Assembly (NCBI GenBank): GCA_004764695.1
Contig: SMSO01000007.1
Span: forward strand, 1,371,270-1,435,269
Origin: Schizochytrium sp. TIO01
Lineage: Eukaryota > Protista > Bigyra: Labyrinthulomycetes
Direction of reading: 5' to 3'
Length of the DNA: 64,000 bases
Below, in pieces: positions 11,936 to 24,100 of the stretch; positions within the stretch are counted from its first letter, which is position 1; each line of letters opens with the position of its first letter. Below the pieces are notes generated by a model. That model did no database searches, had not been told where the DNA came from, and was given only the letters and a program-made list of their open reading frames with translations. The position numbers were made by a program, and so were the translations under genes.

Positions 11936-14132
11936 TTATGGTGCCGGTGAAGTGGTTGTAGAGTGATGAACCTCTGCGACTCTCTTTTGTTCAAGGTTAA
12001 ACGATATTGAGCTTGGGCATGTTTGGCTAATATATCTATGAGAGTCTGCAAGGATGTCAATTTCCTTTGCCGTGAGGTTATCCATTTTGATTGGACCACT
12101 CGCACTCATATAGTCTGAGTAGTGGAAGAATGCAGGCGGGATATCTGATGCTCGCTCGGGAGTCCAAGTTTCATCATGAGTAAATTGCATGCGAAGAACT
12201 GTATGTTGCTTCAAGGCAAATTCATTGCCATATAATTGTAAGCGGAAGAAATCTGAGTCTCGGGATATCCAATGACGTGGAGGCGAACGATTAAACGCAA
12301 TAGCAACAATCTCATCGCCTTTGTCAACGTGAATGGAAGGCTGACAATTAATTGCTAATCGCTTATCAAAAACCATGCATTCTCCGGTTGTATTAACGTT
12401 TGTACAATCAAGGAGTAGATTTGGTCTAACTTGTTCACATACAAGCTCAGCGTCTTCGACTTGCATAACTGCACTGAGAATCAATTCCTTAGCAGCTTCC
12501 AAAGAATCTCCGAGCTCTTCATGACAATCGACAATAAGGGGGAGGGGAAGACCTTTCCTGAATTTATCAAGCCTCTCGAAGACGTTTTTCCCTTTGATGA
12601 AAAACGTAGAATCCGAGAAGGTCTGGTGCGTATGCACTTCAAAGTCATAGGCGGTTCCAGGGAAATAAAACTGATAGCGATGCCACCAAATTGAGCTGCT
12701 TTCGTCTGCGGGAATATCATACGTGCATGTACCTTCACCAAAACAACCATTGGCGATGTGAACATAGGTGCTTGCTTTCTCAGGTAATTCATCCCTCCAT
12801 AAGATATATACATCCATATAAACGTCAATGAGAGGAGTGCTCAACACGTTGTTGATATCAAAGTCGGCAGCGAACCCTGATCTCTGATCGTATACGACAT
12901 GCCCGAGACCCTCATCAAGCTCAGCTAACCAGCACGCTCGCCCACCATTCTCTGCAAAACATTCAGTGTCCCCATGTGCCTGAAGAAGTACATGATGAAT
13001 GTCTGACTGATCCTGATGGTTATGCATGGTCTTTTCTGAGCGCTCATTCATGTCACTGTAAGCATAAAGGTGCGCATGATGAATATGTAGCGGTGGATAA
13101 CCGATCTCTGTCCCATTTTTCATTGTTGGAACAAACATTCCACCAAGGACAGAAAATGTTTTGCCGTAATGCGTATGCTTAAAACCCCCAACGTCTGACC
13201 ATTCGGCAGACCCCCAATCATAGTTTCCAGGAAGGTTGAATGCACCAACGCGTTCGAGAGTGATGTTAACATTTGGGCGTGATGGGTCAGCAAATGTACA
13301 GCGATATGAATTCAAGACAGACTTTGCGCCGCAAGCCTTGGAAGGACCACCGCATACAACTTTTTCGGGGGCTTGTTCGTCCTCCTCAGGTAAGACCAAT
13401 TCCCAGTTCCATGAGGACTCCTGTATCGTTGTTGAGTTAGCTGGGAGTCTCCCCTCAATGTTCAAGAGGAAGGACTCAAAGTCTCCACAGAAGGTGTCAC
13501 GGGTTGCAAGAATTTCGTTGTAACGCTGCACTTTGCGCTCTACTTTCGTTTTGTTATGAATGTCAATCGTGTATCCTGGAGATGTTCCAAGCTTTTGCAA
13601 AGATCGATCTTGAAAGAAGCGTGCATACTCAGATTTAATTTGATCTGTTAGTACCGACACCTCATGGATAAAATGGGAGAAGTCTATCTGTGCGTCGTTC
13701 ACGCTTTCTTTCTGGAAAGGAATAGATGTCTTTTCTCTGCTCGGTGTTGGTTGTTTTCGGCTCGTTATTATTGAAAGAATACTGCCTCGGTTCTGATGTT
13801 GGTACAGTTATTTCATAATCCGATTCACTAGATATTTTTGACCCCTGCATCGAGATGCTTGTGAGAATGTTTCCAATTTTTTTCAGTTCCAAGTTTAATG
13901 CTATTAGGATAATTGTCATACAGAAAACAAAGACAGTGCAGATGAAAAGTATAGTTTCAATGTGTCTATTTTTTTCCCGTCGGTATTCATTTTTACCCAT
14001 ACCAATTCTGGCTTCATCGTGCAAATCAAGCAAATGTTCTTCTTCAAGTTCTTCTGGCATGTGCTCTTTCTCTTTCAAGTGTTCATAAGCAATGTGCTCG
14101 TATCTTCTCGCGGCAGTTTGGGTACTTTCCAT
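11936..14132 (-). CDS. Type II membrane protein with His-rich, PHM/DBH-like copper-monooxygenase-like luminal domain; split by one frameshift near 13660-13810
   Basis: ORF 13662..14303 (ATG at 14132, MESTQ; one TM ILFICTVFVFCMTIILIALNL) overlaps a long ORF 11936..13702 that opens at GTG rather than ATG and whose frame is open back to about 13810. Motifs GYPPLHIHHAH, AHGDTEC, EVHTHQ and LKQHT. Confidence 0.55.
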
Positions 14133-14729
14133 GTCAATATAACAGAGCCTGACCAGCTTCCCAACCTTCGCTGTTGTTGTCACTTCAGAGCTAGATACCT
14201 GAAAAGTTCCGGCCTTTGTGGTTTGGGTTTGCTCAGCTCTTCTGGCAAGTTCTGTTTGTTTGTTAAAGAAACAAAAAAATTCAATCGGAAGAACTTTATT
14301 CATAGCCCCTACATAGGAACGACTAGCTACCGACTAGATTAAAATCAGAAAAGCAACTTTTCCTCTCCCATCGTATCCCTTTCACTGATCTACCACTCTG
14401 ATCCTCTACTATGCAGCAGCACCTGTTACCTGCTACCTAGTTCCTAGTCCGGAATCCGTGTGTTTTCTCATTCTCTTTTTCTTTTATCTTTTTTATAGAA
14501 AAAAGGATTGAAAACAAACAACTTCTGCTCATATCAAATGTTTAATGAAAAAAACTTTCTTCTTTCCGATAAAACCAACAGTGTAACTCACTGTAGACTT
14601 GATTGAGTTCTTTCTTTTCCCCTCAGTCTCAAGTTCTGCTTTCCTTCTCAATAGTAATTCACGCACATGCGACCAGCTTGAACCCAAACCCGCCCTTTAA
14701 CAGAAGAAGCATGTGTTGAGCTTGACAGA

Positions 14730-14782
14730 GAAGAAGAAGAAGAAGAAGAAGAAGAAGAAGAAGAAGAAGAAGAAGAAGAAGA
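14730..14782. repeat. (GAA)n microsatellite, ~17 units
   Basis: Perfect gaa run read directly. Confidence 0.97.
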
Positions 14783-15021
14783 CGCCTTTGGCCTTTGGCG
14801 CCCTGCTTCGATTTAGACTTGCCTTTTGAGCAGCCATGTACCAAACCCAACTCTTTCAAGATTTCAATTGCCTCTCTCAATACTCAATACGTTACATTAA
14901 AAATGAATTGGACTAAACTAGCCTTTCTCTCTTTCTTTCTTTCATTCATTCTTTCAACTAAAGCCCCTGTTCCTCTGCCTTTACTGCCTTTGCCGTGCTA
15001 TTCCAAAGGAATAGCACGGCA

Positions 15022-15193
15022 AAACAAACAAACAAACAAACAAACAAACAAACAAACAAACAAACAAACAAACAAACAAACAAACAAACAAACAAACAAA
15101 CAAACAAACAAACAAACAAACAAACAAACAAACAAACAAACAAACAAACAAACAAACAAACAAACAAACAAACAAACAAACAAACAAACAAAC
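15022..15193. repeat. (AAAC)n microsatellite, ~43 units
   Basis: Perfect aaac run; explains the spurious QTNK/FVCL ORFs. Confidence 0.98.
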
Positions 15194-15221
15194 GTAAAAA
15201 TAATCAATTACTACAAATATA

Positions 15222-16776
15222 ATTTTGAAGAGAAGGTGTAACGCAAAGACTACGACAAGATTAGTTCTATCCTTAATCACTTCAAAATAAACTACAACGC
15301 GTATACAGATTGTGAACTGCTACTGAAGCACAATTCTGCCCTTTAGAATTACAGTCTTTCAAATTTATTGCTTTAAGAAGCATTATCATAAACTACTTTG
15401 TTGCTAGTTAGGGAGATATCTACCTAGTACCGCAACTACTTCAGAAGCTTTGAGGAGGGGGAAAGTATTGATCCGTTACCACAAATTAGTGTTTTCAAAT
15501 CAACTTTTAAGTCAAATTTCCGTTTTAGTTTCTCTTGTTTAATTTGAACATCAATCGAAATTGCTAATCCAAGAGCCACGTGCTGCTCACTGTTTGTGCA
15601 CTCTTACTCTACCATGGCAGCCGTCATCTTGCGGCGCTCTTTTCAAAGTCTTAGTCTAGTTATAACTTGATCAGTACCTTCTCGGTTGGCTAGAAATAGC
15701 GACAACTGATGAATATCTTCTTGGCTCTAAAGTTTCGTTGATCCAAGCTATAATAGTGCTCAAACAGACTTCTCAGTATACGTATGCATAATTGCTAGAA
15801 AAAGCGGAAACTGGACGCCTGCAGTCTTCCATATGTTCAGGCCTAGACCTAACTTTGGACGGGGTCCTCGAGATTATCCATTCTAAAGTAAATAGAATCA
15901 ACTATCTGAGGACACGTCCCTTTGATAAAATTGCAAATTGTAGATCGTAGTTAAACTGAAAATACATATCGGGTGGAGACGTGCCTGTCGTGCTCTTTGA
16001 ATTTTATAATAAAAACCCATTTTGAAGAAAAGACAGAATGCAAAGACTAAGACAAGATTAGTTCTATCCTTAATCACTTCAAAATAAACTACAACGCGTA
16101 TACAGATTGTGAACTGCTACTGAAGCACAATTCTGCCCTTTAGAATTACAGTCTTTCAAATTTATTGCTTTAAGAAGCATGCTATCATAAACTACTTTGT
16201 TGCTAGTTAGGGAGATATCTACCTAGTACCGCAACTACTTCAGAAGCTTTGAGGAGGGATAAAGTATTGATCCGTTACCACAAATTAGTGTTTTCAAATC
16301 AACTTTTAAGTCAAATTTCCTTTTTAGTTTCTCTTGTTTAATTTAAAAGGAGCTGTCATCAATCGAAATTGCTTCAATCCAAGAGCCACGTCCTGCTCAC
16401 TGTTTGTACACTCTTACTCTACCATGGCAGCCGTCATCTTGCTGCGCTCTTTTCAAAATCTTCGTCTAGTTATAACTTGATCAGTACCTTCTCGGTTGGC
16501 TATTTCTCCTGACGAATCCCGTACATTTTCCCAGCCTGGCCATAGGGTCCTCGGAGAGCAATTGTGGCTATGAGGTCTCGATCTGGTGTTTCTGCTGTGT
16601 AGTTGGCATAAAGTCTTGTACAGAGATGCTCCAGCTTCTCATGGTTAAGTTTGCTCAGCGACAACCGATGATTATAGTCTTGGCTCTAGTGTTTCGTTGA
16701 TCCAAGCTATAATAGCGCTCAAACAGACTTCTCAGTATACGTAATGCAGAATCACTAGTAAAACCAGAAATCGGAC
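15222..16776 (+). repeat. Head-to-tail ~797-bp tandem copies of the adhesin-gene upstream region (inverted relative to 24335-25145 and 40465-41260)
   Basis: gacaagattagttctatccttaatcacttcaaaataaactacaacg at 15254 and 16051 (period 797). The reverse complement matches the region immediately 5' of adhesin copies 1 and 4. Confidence 0.9.
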
Positions 16777-16778
16777 TA

Positions 16779-17530
16779 ATCTAAGTATGCTTACGTAGGT
16801 GGCACGAATCGGACGAACATAATTGCATATTCATGGTAGAAGCTTCTCTTCGTGCATAATACGTAGGCACCTGCATACATACCTCCTATCTCCAGCTAGA
16901 TATCTTGCAAAATGTATGTACCTATCCACACATTAGTGATTGTTTTGGCTGTTTTACCCACGTATAGAGATTTTGCCTCATTGCCTTCACTCGAACCGGT
17001 TCGAGTGAAGTGCATACTGAAGATGGAATCCCTCGTAACACAGTCCTTTAGAGCGCTGATCAGTCGTGCCTGCCGAGTACGTATCTCGACTTGAGCTTAT
17101 ATCCAAGTGGGAGGACTTTCATCTTCTGACTGTTTGTTTGTTTGTTTATTTGTTTGTTATGTACGGTGGCGGGAGCATGCTGGGCGTTCATGCCCTCCAA
17201 TCCGGGGCTCGCGTACCCTCCCTCCAAACCAGACATACACTCTAAGCTGAAGAAGATCTCTGGATGGATACCGAGGTATCTCCTATCTCAAAGACCTTCC
17301 TCACGACCCTTTATCTGAAATAGCAAACCCGCAACAACTAGCGTACGCGCACAAGGAGTTTAGCGTGTACCAACCAAGAAAACAATCATACGAAGGACAG
17401 GACTGTAATATACTTCGACATCGTACGAGAGAAGTGACCGAGTGACTGACTAACTAACTAACTAATTAACTAACTCTAAGTAGAGAGGACGAAGGTGGTC
17501 CCTTTCCTGCCTAAGGCTCCCGAGGACCCG
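16779..17530 (+). repeat. Dispersed repeat B, copy 1 (~750 bp) with internal 26-bp palindrome and (TAAC)n tract
   Basis: Reverse complement matches about 35275-36079; the near-identical 60-aa ORFs 16912..17094(+) and 35764..35946(-) support this. Confidence 0.9.
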
Positions 17531-17555
17531 AAAGGGCCCCAAACGATGACCCAAT

Positions 17556-17878
17556 GAAAGTCATGAATGACCCAAAGGCATCGCGGTACGACCTTGAGAT
17601 CCTAGTAGTCTCAGCATTAGACAAGACAGGTATGTGTTATGTATGAATAGCTAACTACTACTAGTTCAATCCGATGATTGATGTTGAGCACGTGCAGAGG
17701 TTCTACCTCATAGGCCCCAGCTAGTTGGGTCTACTGGTGCACACTCTTTGGTTTTTCGTTTCGCTGGATGAACAACGAATCGAAGCTTTCGATAAGGTTA
17801 TTGGTTCTTTTCATGGATGAATAAGGAAGCTTTCATTCCCTCCTCAGGAAGAACAACGAGGCTTTCGATGGCTAATTA
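17556..17878 (+). repeat. Dispersed repeat A, copy 2
   Basis: Direct copy of 11531-11826 with small indels. Confidence 0.9.
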
Positions 17879-18247
17879 CAGGAAGGCGACGGAACATCAA
17901 TCATTTTTTTTTTTACTAAGTAGTAGGTACCTACATCTATTACATTAGCCGATGTAGCTTCTCCATTGCTATCTCTAGAGACAGTGTTGAGATCTGCGAT
18001 TAGAATTGGGTGATGTACTTTGACTCGAAGCTTTGTCTACCATGGCCATACCCCTGAGGAGAATATTTTTAGTCGAATTTATATTTGCGATGGGGAAGAG
18101 AACTTGAGTCCGAAATAATTGTGATGATCATCATAGCATTACAGACTGCACTTGCACAAGGAGATGAGTGTATTGAGAGCTCCAAGCACTTGAAGAATCT
18201 TTGAATCTTTGAGAGGTTTATGCTTTGATACGGAATTCTTTTTTTAT

Positions 18248-19477
18248 TTATGAAGAATACATGTAAGCCGCGACGGCAGCACCAGCAGCAGCAAGGCAAG
18301 CAATAGCCGTAGGAATGTTGAAACTACTACGCTCCTCGCCCTCAGGAATTGCATCGTGGGATTTCCAACTGTTCTCTACCATCAGAGTTTTGCTCTTGAG
18401 CATGCGAGTAAAGAAGGCTCCAAAAACTCCGAACGGAAGACTAGCCACGCCAAGGTCGGGGCCGAGAGGTACAAGCATGATTGCGCTGCTGTCATGAACT
18501 GCGTAGGTGCTCTTCGGAGACCCTCCTTTAATTTGGGCAATAATGTTCTTGGCTACAACATCAGCCATCATGCCTCCGAAGTAAGCCATTTTGTTCTCCT
18601 GGAGCGCAACAATGTCACCTAGAGCATAGATCCCATCCCGCACCTGGTTTTGGGTGCCAATCACACGAAGCTTGTCATCTACAATGACATACTTGTTCTC
18701 AGTAAGCCAGTTCGATGGAAGTGCCTTAGAGTTGGGGGTAACGCCGGCACAGATGAGGGTCAGGTCTGTCTCGACACGGCGACCAGAGCTGGTCTCAATT
18801 GTTTGAGCACCAGTAATCATAGTTTCTTCACCAAGCTTCGAAAGATCAATCTTGGCCTGGGTATCAAGGATTACGTTAACGCCAAGGTCTTGCAGTTGCG
18901 CATGCAAAGACTCCTGGAACTTTTTAGAGAGTGGAGGATAGGAACTGCTGATGAGGGTTTTCCCGTCGTGAATGATCGTAACCTCCTTGTCTTGGTACTG
19001 ACTCTTAATCTCGCCAGAAAGCTCAACACCAACAACACCACCACCAATGATTGTAATTTTTGATGCCTTGCGGATAGCCTCAGCCTTTTCTACGAAGAAT
19101 GAAGTGAGTTCTTTCTGTGTACGAAGGGCAGGGCTAGGTTCACCTGGTGACCGGTTAGAGGCACCGGTGGCAATAACACAGTAGTCAAAAGCGATAGACT
19201 CGCCTGACTTCAAAACAACATTCTTTTCGGTGACCTGCTTGACCTCGTCGGTAATAACCCTTCCATGTTTGAGGAGATTATCGCGCGGCACCAGGACTTT
19301 TTTAGCCCACTCTTCTTGAACAGATGCACGCAAGGCGCCAATCTTATGTACGAAGCATTCACGCTCGTCGATCAAGGTGAGTTCAACCTCATCCGCCTTA
19401 ACCTGCTTGCTGAGGCTGCTCGCTACCGCTGAGCCGCAGAAACCAGCGCCCACCACCACAACCTTCGTAGGAGCCAT
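18248..19477 (-). CDS. AIFM2/FSP1/AMID-like oxidoreductase, paralog 2, with C-terminal hydrophobic tail
   Basis: ATG at 19477 (MAPTKVVVVGAGFCG). FDYCVIATGA, IIGGGVVGVELSGEI, IYALGDI and MLVPLGP; tail IPTAIACLAAAGAAVAAYMY. Collinear with 8829..10391. Confidence 0.87.
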   Translation of the reverse strand: MAPTKVVVVGAGFCGSAVASSLSKQVKADEVELTLIDERECFVHKIGALRASVQEEWAKKVLVPRDNLLKHGRVITDEVKQVTEKNVVLKSGESIAFDYCVIATGASNRSPGEPSPALRTQKELTSFFVEKAEAIRKASKITIIGGGVVGVELSGEIKSQYQDKEVTIIHDGKTLISSSYPPLSKKFQESLHAQLQDLGVNVILDTQAKIDLSKLGEETMITGAQTIETSSGRRVETDLTLICAGVTPNSKALPSNWLTENKYVIVDDKLRVIGTQNQVRDGIYALGDIVALQENKMAYFGGMMADVVAKNIIAQIKGGSPKSTYAVHDSSAIMLVPLGPDLGVASLPFGVFGAFFTRMLKSKTLMVENSWKSHDAIPEGEERSSFNIPTAIACLAAAGAAVAAYMYSS

Positions 19478-20936
19478 CTTAGATCGTCTTATCAAACCAC
19501 TCAAATCACCAGCCCCAGGCGTTGCCAATTCTCAACCTGAAACGATGATGTCTCGTTCTGGATTTGCTCAGATTGCCGCACCTGAAACTGCAGGTCTGCT
19601 AGCAGGGCTTCCAGTTCTCCAGCCTCCTATTCCCTATCTACCTAAAACCTTACCAGCAACCAGTGTCTCCCTTATGTTGATGTCTTACGCCAGAAGTACC
19701 GCCATCCATCGCCAATCGATGACGAACAGCTCAAGGCTTTGCGAAATTGCATCGGCGAGAATCCTGCGTTAGCGACGGCGTGCTCCGCCATGGCCACTGG
19801 CTGAGCCGCTTCGTGTTCAGTGAGGGAGGAGCGTGGCCAGGAACAAGGAAGGCTCTGCTGTTCTAGTGCTGCATGAGCTTTCTCTCGAGGTGACTCGGGA
19901 GTTGACCAGCAACTGCCGAGGCTCCGGCATGGTCGCGACTCTTACCAGCCCGCTGCACACGGCGCCTTGGTGGAGGTCGACGGCCTCAGGCTGTTGACTG
20001 CCGCAGGCCGCTGCCTGGCCCCTTCTTCGGAGATTAACCTGAGGGTCGTTCGTTCATGTACGTACTAGGTACGGCATGCGGGATGGGCCGGGCCTAGACA
20101 CGGAGGGGCGTTCGCAACGGAGGCACCGCAGGCGCAGACCTCCTCGTCGAGAGGCGAACCTGGATCGCTTCCTGGCTAGGACCTGGAGGTTCCTCAGCGC
20201 CCTTCGCTCGACGAAGAACTTGGATGCGCTGTGCCCATCATCTACCCGTCTGGTGATCTCCTGACAAACAAGCCCTGAATCGGATCATCGCCGGGGACTC
20301 GTGACAGTGGCGAGCTCTGCACGAACGGAGATAGCTGGCGATGGCTGTTGTGAAAATGCTCGCCGGCAGCGCGCTCTCCCGTGCATCTTCTTCATTGTTT
20401 GGCTTGGGTCCGCTTTGTCCGAAGTTTTGATGTGATGATGACTCGAATGATGATGAACCCCAAAAACGAAAAAGAAAGAAAAAGAAAGAAAAAGAAAGAA
20501 AATTCTTTATATCTAAGGAAACGAATTATTGTTAGGGCCCCACCTATGCTTAAAGTTAGAAGTCGTATTTCGAAATTTCGTCATTACCGCAGCATACTAG
20601 TAGTACTAGGTTCCTGAAAGAACAAGATTCAAAGCACATGCACATTCATTTTAATGGTCTGGACGGAGCCTCAGTGCCTCTCGTTCCTCGTGCTTGTGTT
20701 ATTCTTGTGGAAGGAGGAACTGCCGCTATCACTGCTGGCTGGAGTATAGATGTGACGAGGAGGAATGATATGACGACCAAAGAAGTTCTGGGTATCCCTT
20801 CAAGTTGTGTAAGGATCGGGTTTACTAAAATTGTACTATAAGTTGCAGCTTTAGCTCTAGGGTGTAGTTAAATACACACAGCTGCTGTGCAGAACACCTT
20901 TACGCTCTTTTCACAATTGTATGCATTATGGAGCTA

Positions 20937-21113
20937 TTGAAGTAATATACAGCTACTGTCTAACCTACCTAACCTAACCAAGCTCTGATGTTCATGCCTG
21001 TATCCAGGCCCGAAACCCCAAGAACTCATATTTCATCCTTTTCCTCTTTCTCCTGAGTTCGCCATCCTTGTCAGACCACCTCTGCACGCTTCACAGCACA
21101 AGCTACTCTGCAA
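20937..21113 (-). repeat. Repeat C copy 1: last codons, stop and 3' flank of adhesin 1
   Basis: Reverse complement (ttgcagagtagcttgtgctgtgaagcgtgcaga...ggttaggttagg...tatattacttcaa) matches 26064-26275. Confidence 0.88.
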
Positions 21114-24100
21114 TAGGGGCTAAATCATCCCCCCATACCAAATCGGTGACTGTACCATATGCTCCTGCCAGACCTTCGAAGCCGCCAAGTACAACTGGGT
21201 AAGATTGGTCAAGATATAACAAAGTATCCTTACCAGAATTGCCCCTGTTAAAACTTTTCGTACAAGCTTCTTCGCCATTAATGTATAAGGACATCGAGAA
21301 TGTCTCCTGATTTACATAAACGTCAATGCTATAAGTCAAACCCAGCTCCAAATCAATACTCGAATCGCAACCTGCTTTGGTGTCTGACGATAAAGAACTA
21401 CGTAGCAAAAGTGTTGTTGACCCCTTCTTGATGAGAATTGCTGGTTGACGATAATAGGTCTTCTTATCAGCTGAAATGCCATCTCCGCGCTGGATGACAC
21501 TCTGATAATTCGTGTATGTACTAAACAACGTGAACTTAAAGCTCAAAGAGTATGGCGAGGATAGCACTAGTCCATCACTTACGATTTCATTCGCTAACGA
21601 CGGCAAGTAGGTCGGGGCATTCGTTGGGGGATTTGGACTATGCGTCGGTGTACCTGTAGTTGGGGCATTCGTTGGGGGCGTTGGACTTTGCGTCGGTGTA
21701 CCTGTAGTTGGGGCATTCGTTGGGGGAGTTGGGCTATGCGTCGGTGTACCTGTAGTTGGGGCATTCGTTGGGGGAGTTGGACTTTGCGTTGGTGTACCTG
21801 TAGTTGGGGCATTCGTTGGAGGAGTTGGACTTTGTGTCGGTGTACCTGTAGTTGGGGCATTCGTTGGTGGAGTTGGACTTTGCGTCGGTGTACCTGTAGT
21901 TGGAGCATTCGTTGGGGAAGTTGGACTTTGCGTCGGTGTACCTGTAGTTGGGGCATTCGTTGGGGGAGTTGGACTTTGCGTCGGTGTACCTGTAGTTGGG
22001 GCATTCGTTGGGGGAGTTGGACTTTGCGTCGGTGTACCTGTAGTTGGGGCATTCGTTGGGGGAGTTGGACTTTGCGTCGGTGTACCTGTAGTTGGGGCAT
22101 TAGTTGGGGGAGTTGGCGAACTTGTGGGCCTTTCTGTTTCATAGTCCCACATTAAGTTCTCCACTGTTCCAGATGCAGTCACGAAATTGTCTGGGCCTCC
22201 GATGTACAGCGGCAAGCTCTCGCCCACATATAGCAGCTTTTCAGAAGCAGCAAAACTAATGCTACAACCAAGATCGCCGTCTATGTAGATATTGGCAGCA
22301 TCTCCTTCTGTTACGGTGATGTCTATTTGGTAAGTCTTTCCCAATTCCAGTTTGGTTGTATCGCAGTGTCTATTCGCGTTCACTGATGTAGATATACGAA
22401 ACAGAAGCTTGCTGGATCCTCTGCCGGCAAAAACAGCTGGCTGCCGAACGTAGCCTTTTGAAGTGTGTCTGGTTCCACGCTGAATGATACTCTGAGGACC
22501 CTCGGAGTTTGTGTTATCAAGTGTAAAGTCAAAGCTCATCGAGTACGTGGAGCTAAGAAACACCTCTTCATCATAGACTGCATTCGCCAACGACGGTGGC
22601 ACAGTAGGACTTTCCGTCGGTGTACCTGTAGTTGGGGCATTCGTTGGGGGAGTTGGCGAACTTGTGGGCCTTTCTGTTTCATACTCCCACATTAAGTTCT
22701 CCACTGTACCAGATGCAGTCACGAAATTGTCTGGGCATCCAATGTACAGAGGCAAGCTCTCATCCACATACAACAAAGTTTCATCTGCAGTATACTCAAT
22801 GGTGCAGCCTAAATCACCGTCGATATAGAGATTGGCAGTTTCACCTTCTGTTACACTAATCTTTATTTCATAGGTCTTTCCCAACTCGAGCTCAGTAGTT
22901 GTATTGCAGCCCTTGTTTGAGAATTCCGAAGTAGAGGTACGGAAACGAAGCTTGCTTGTGCCCTCATCGACGAAAAGAGCTGGCTGACGAACGTAACCGT
23001 TTGCATTCATTTTCGTTCCACGTTGAATGATACTCTGAGGACCCTCGGAGTTTGTGTTATCAAGTGTAAAGTCAAAGCTCATCGAGTACGTGGAGCTAAG
23101 AAACACCTCGTCATCATAGACTGCATTCGCCAACGACGGTGGCGCAGTAGGACTTGACGTAAGCGATTCCGAAGGACTTGGCGTAAGCGATTCCGTAGGA
23201 CTTGGCGTAAGCGATTCCGTAGGACTTGGAGTTGGTTTGGCAGTAGCCTCCTCGGCAACACGGGAACAGTATTTTGGACCTGAAAAAAAATTGCCCTTCT
23301 TATATTTCGAAGAACCAGCACTTTTGTACAAGAAACACTTGCGTTTCGGATTCAAAGTAAAGTATTCACAGCCGTCTGTTGCATAGCACAATGAGCCACA
23401 CTCTGCAGCAGTCTGAACCTTTTTGATTGGGTTCTCTATGCCAGAAACTTTCTTCACGTTAGTATACTGCTTATTAGAAACGTAGCAGCTTGTGTCTGAC
23501 AGCAAAGTTGGAGCAGGAGTGGGGCTTCCTGTGGAGGCCGTATCAGTAGTGCTTCCTGAAGAAATCGCAGCACAAGACTCCGCAACTGCATCAGAGCTTG
23601 AGGAGACTTCTTTTACATACAATGGAAGGATATCAGACGAAGTAAAGACGTTGTCTGCATCATCGATATTATCTGTTGGAACATGAATCACAACTACATC
23701 GTTTGCTACAGCCTCCTCCACAAGGTTCTCCAAGCAGGACTGCAAAGAACTGGAGGTCAGCTCCGATGCGTCTGCAATGTTGTCACAAACATCATAGACA
23801 GATGTCGACGGGTTAGACGGAATATCGAGGACACCATCGGCAACGATGATAATGACTTTTTGACTCGAAGAACGGCCCTGGTCGTCCAAGATTTTAAGCG
23901 CGTAATCTACGGCAAAAGGGAGACTCGAACTTTCTGTATTGACACGAGAAAGCTTTCCTATTTTGGCGTTTAGCTTTCCTTTATTTTTGAATGTGTCAAA
24001 TGGAAATTTTTTCTTGATACTGTCAGTATAGCCGTACAGAGCGAAGTAGTCATCATCGGTACTCGTTCCAACATCGAAGTTTTTCATAATGCTTTTGCAA

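Noticed and set aside
14659-15280. ORFs with poly-L, QTNK and FVCL repeats
   Set aside because: Translations of the (GAA)n and (AAAC)n microsatellites.
21594-22155. Alternative-frame and antisense ORFs (QVHRRKVQLPQRM / RRCTCSWGIRW), also at 37098-37668
   Set aside because: By-products of the stop-free 48-bp coding repeat of the adhesins.
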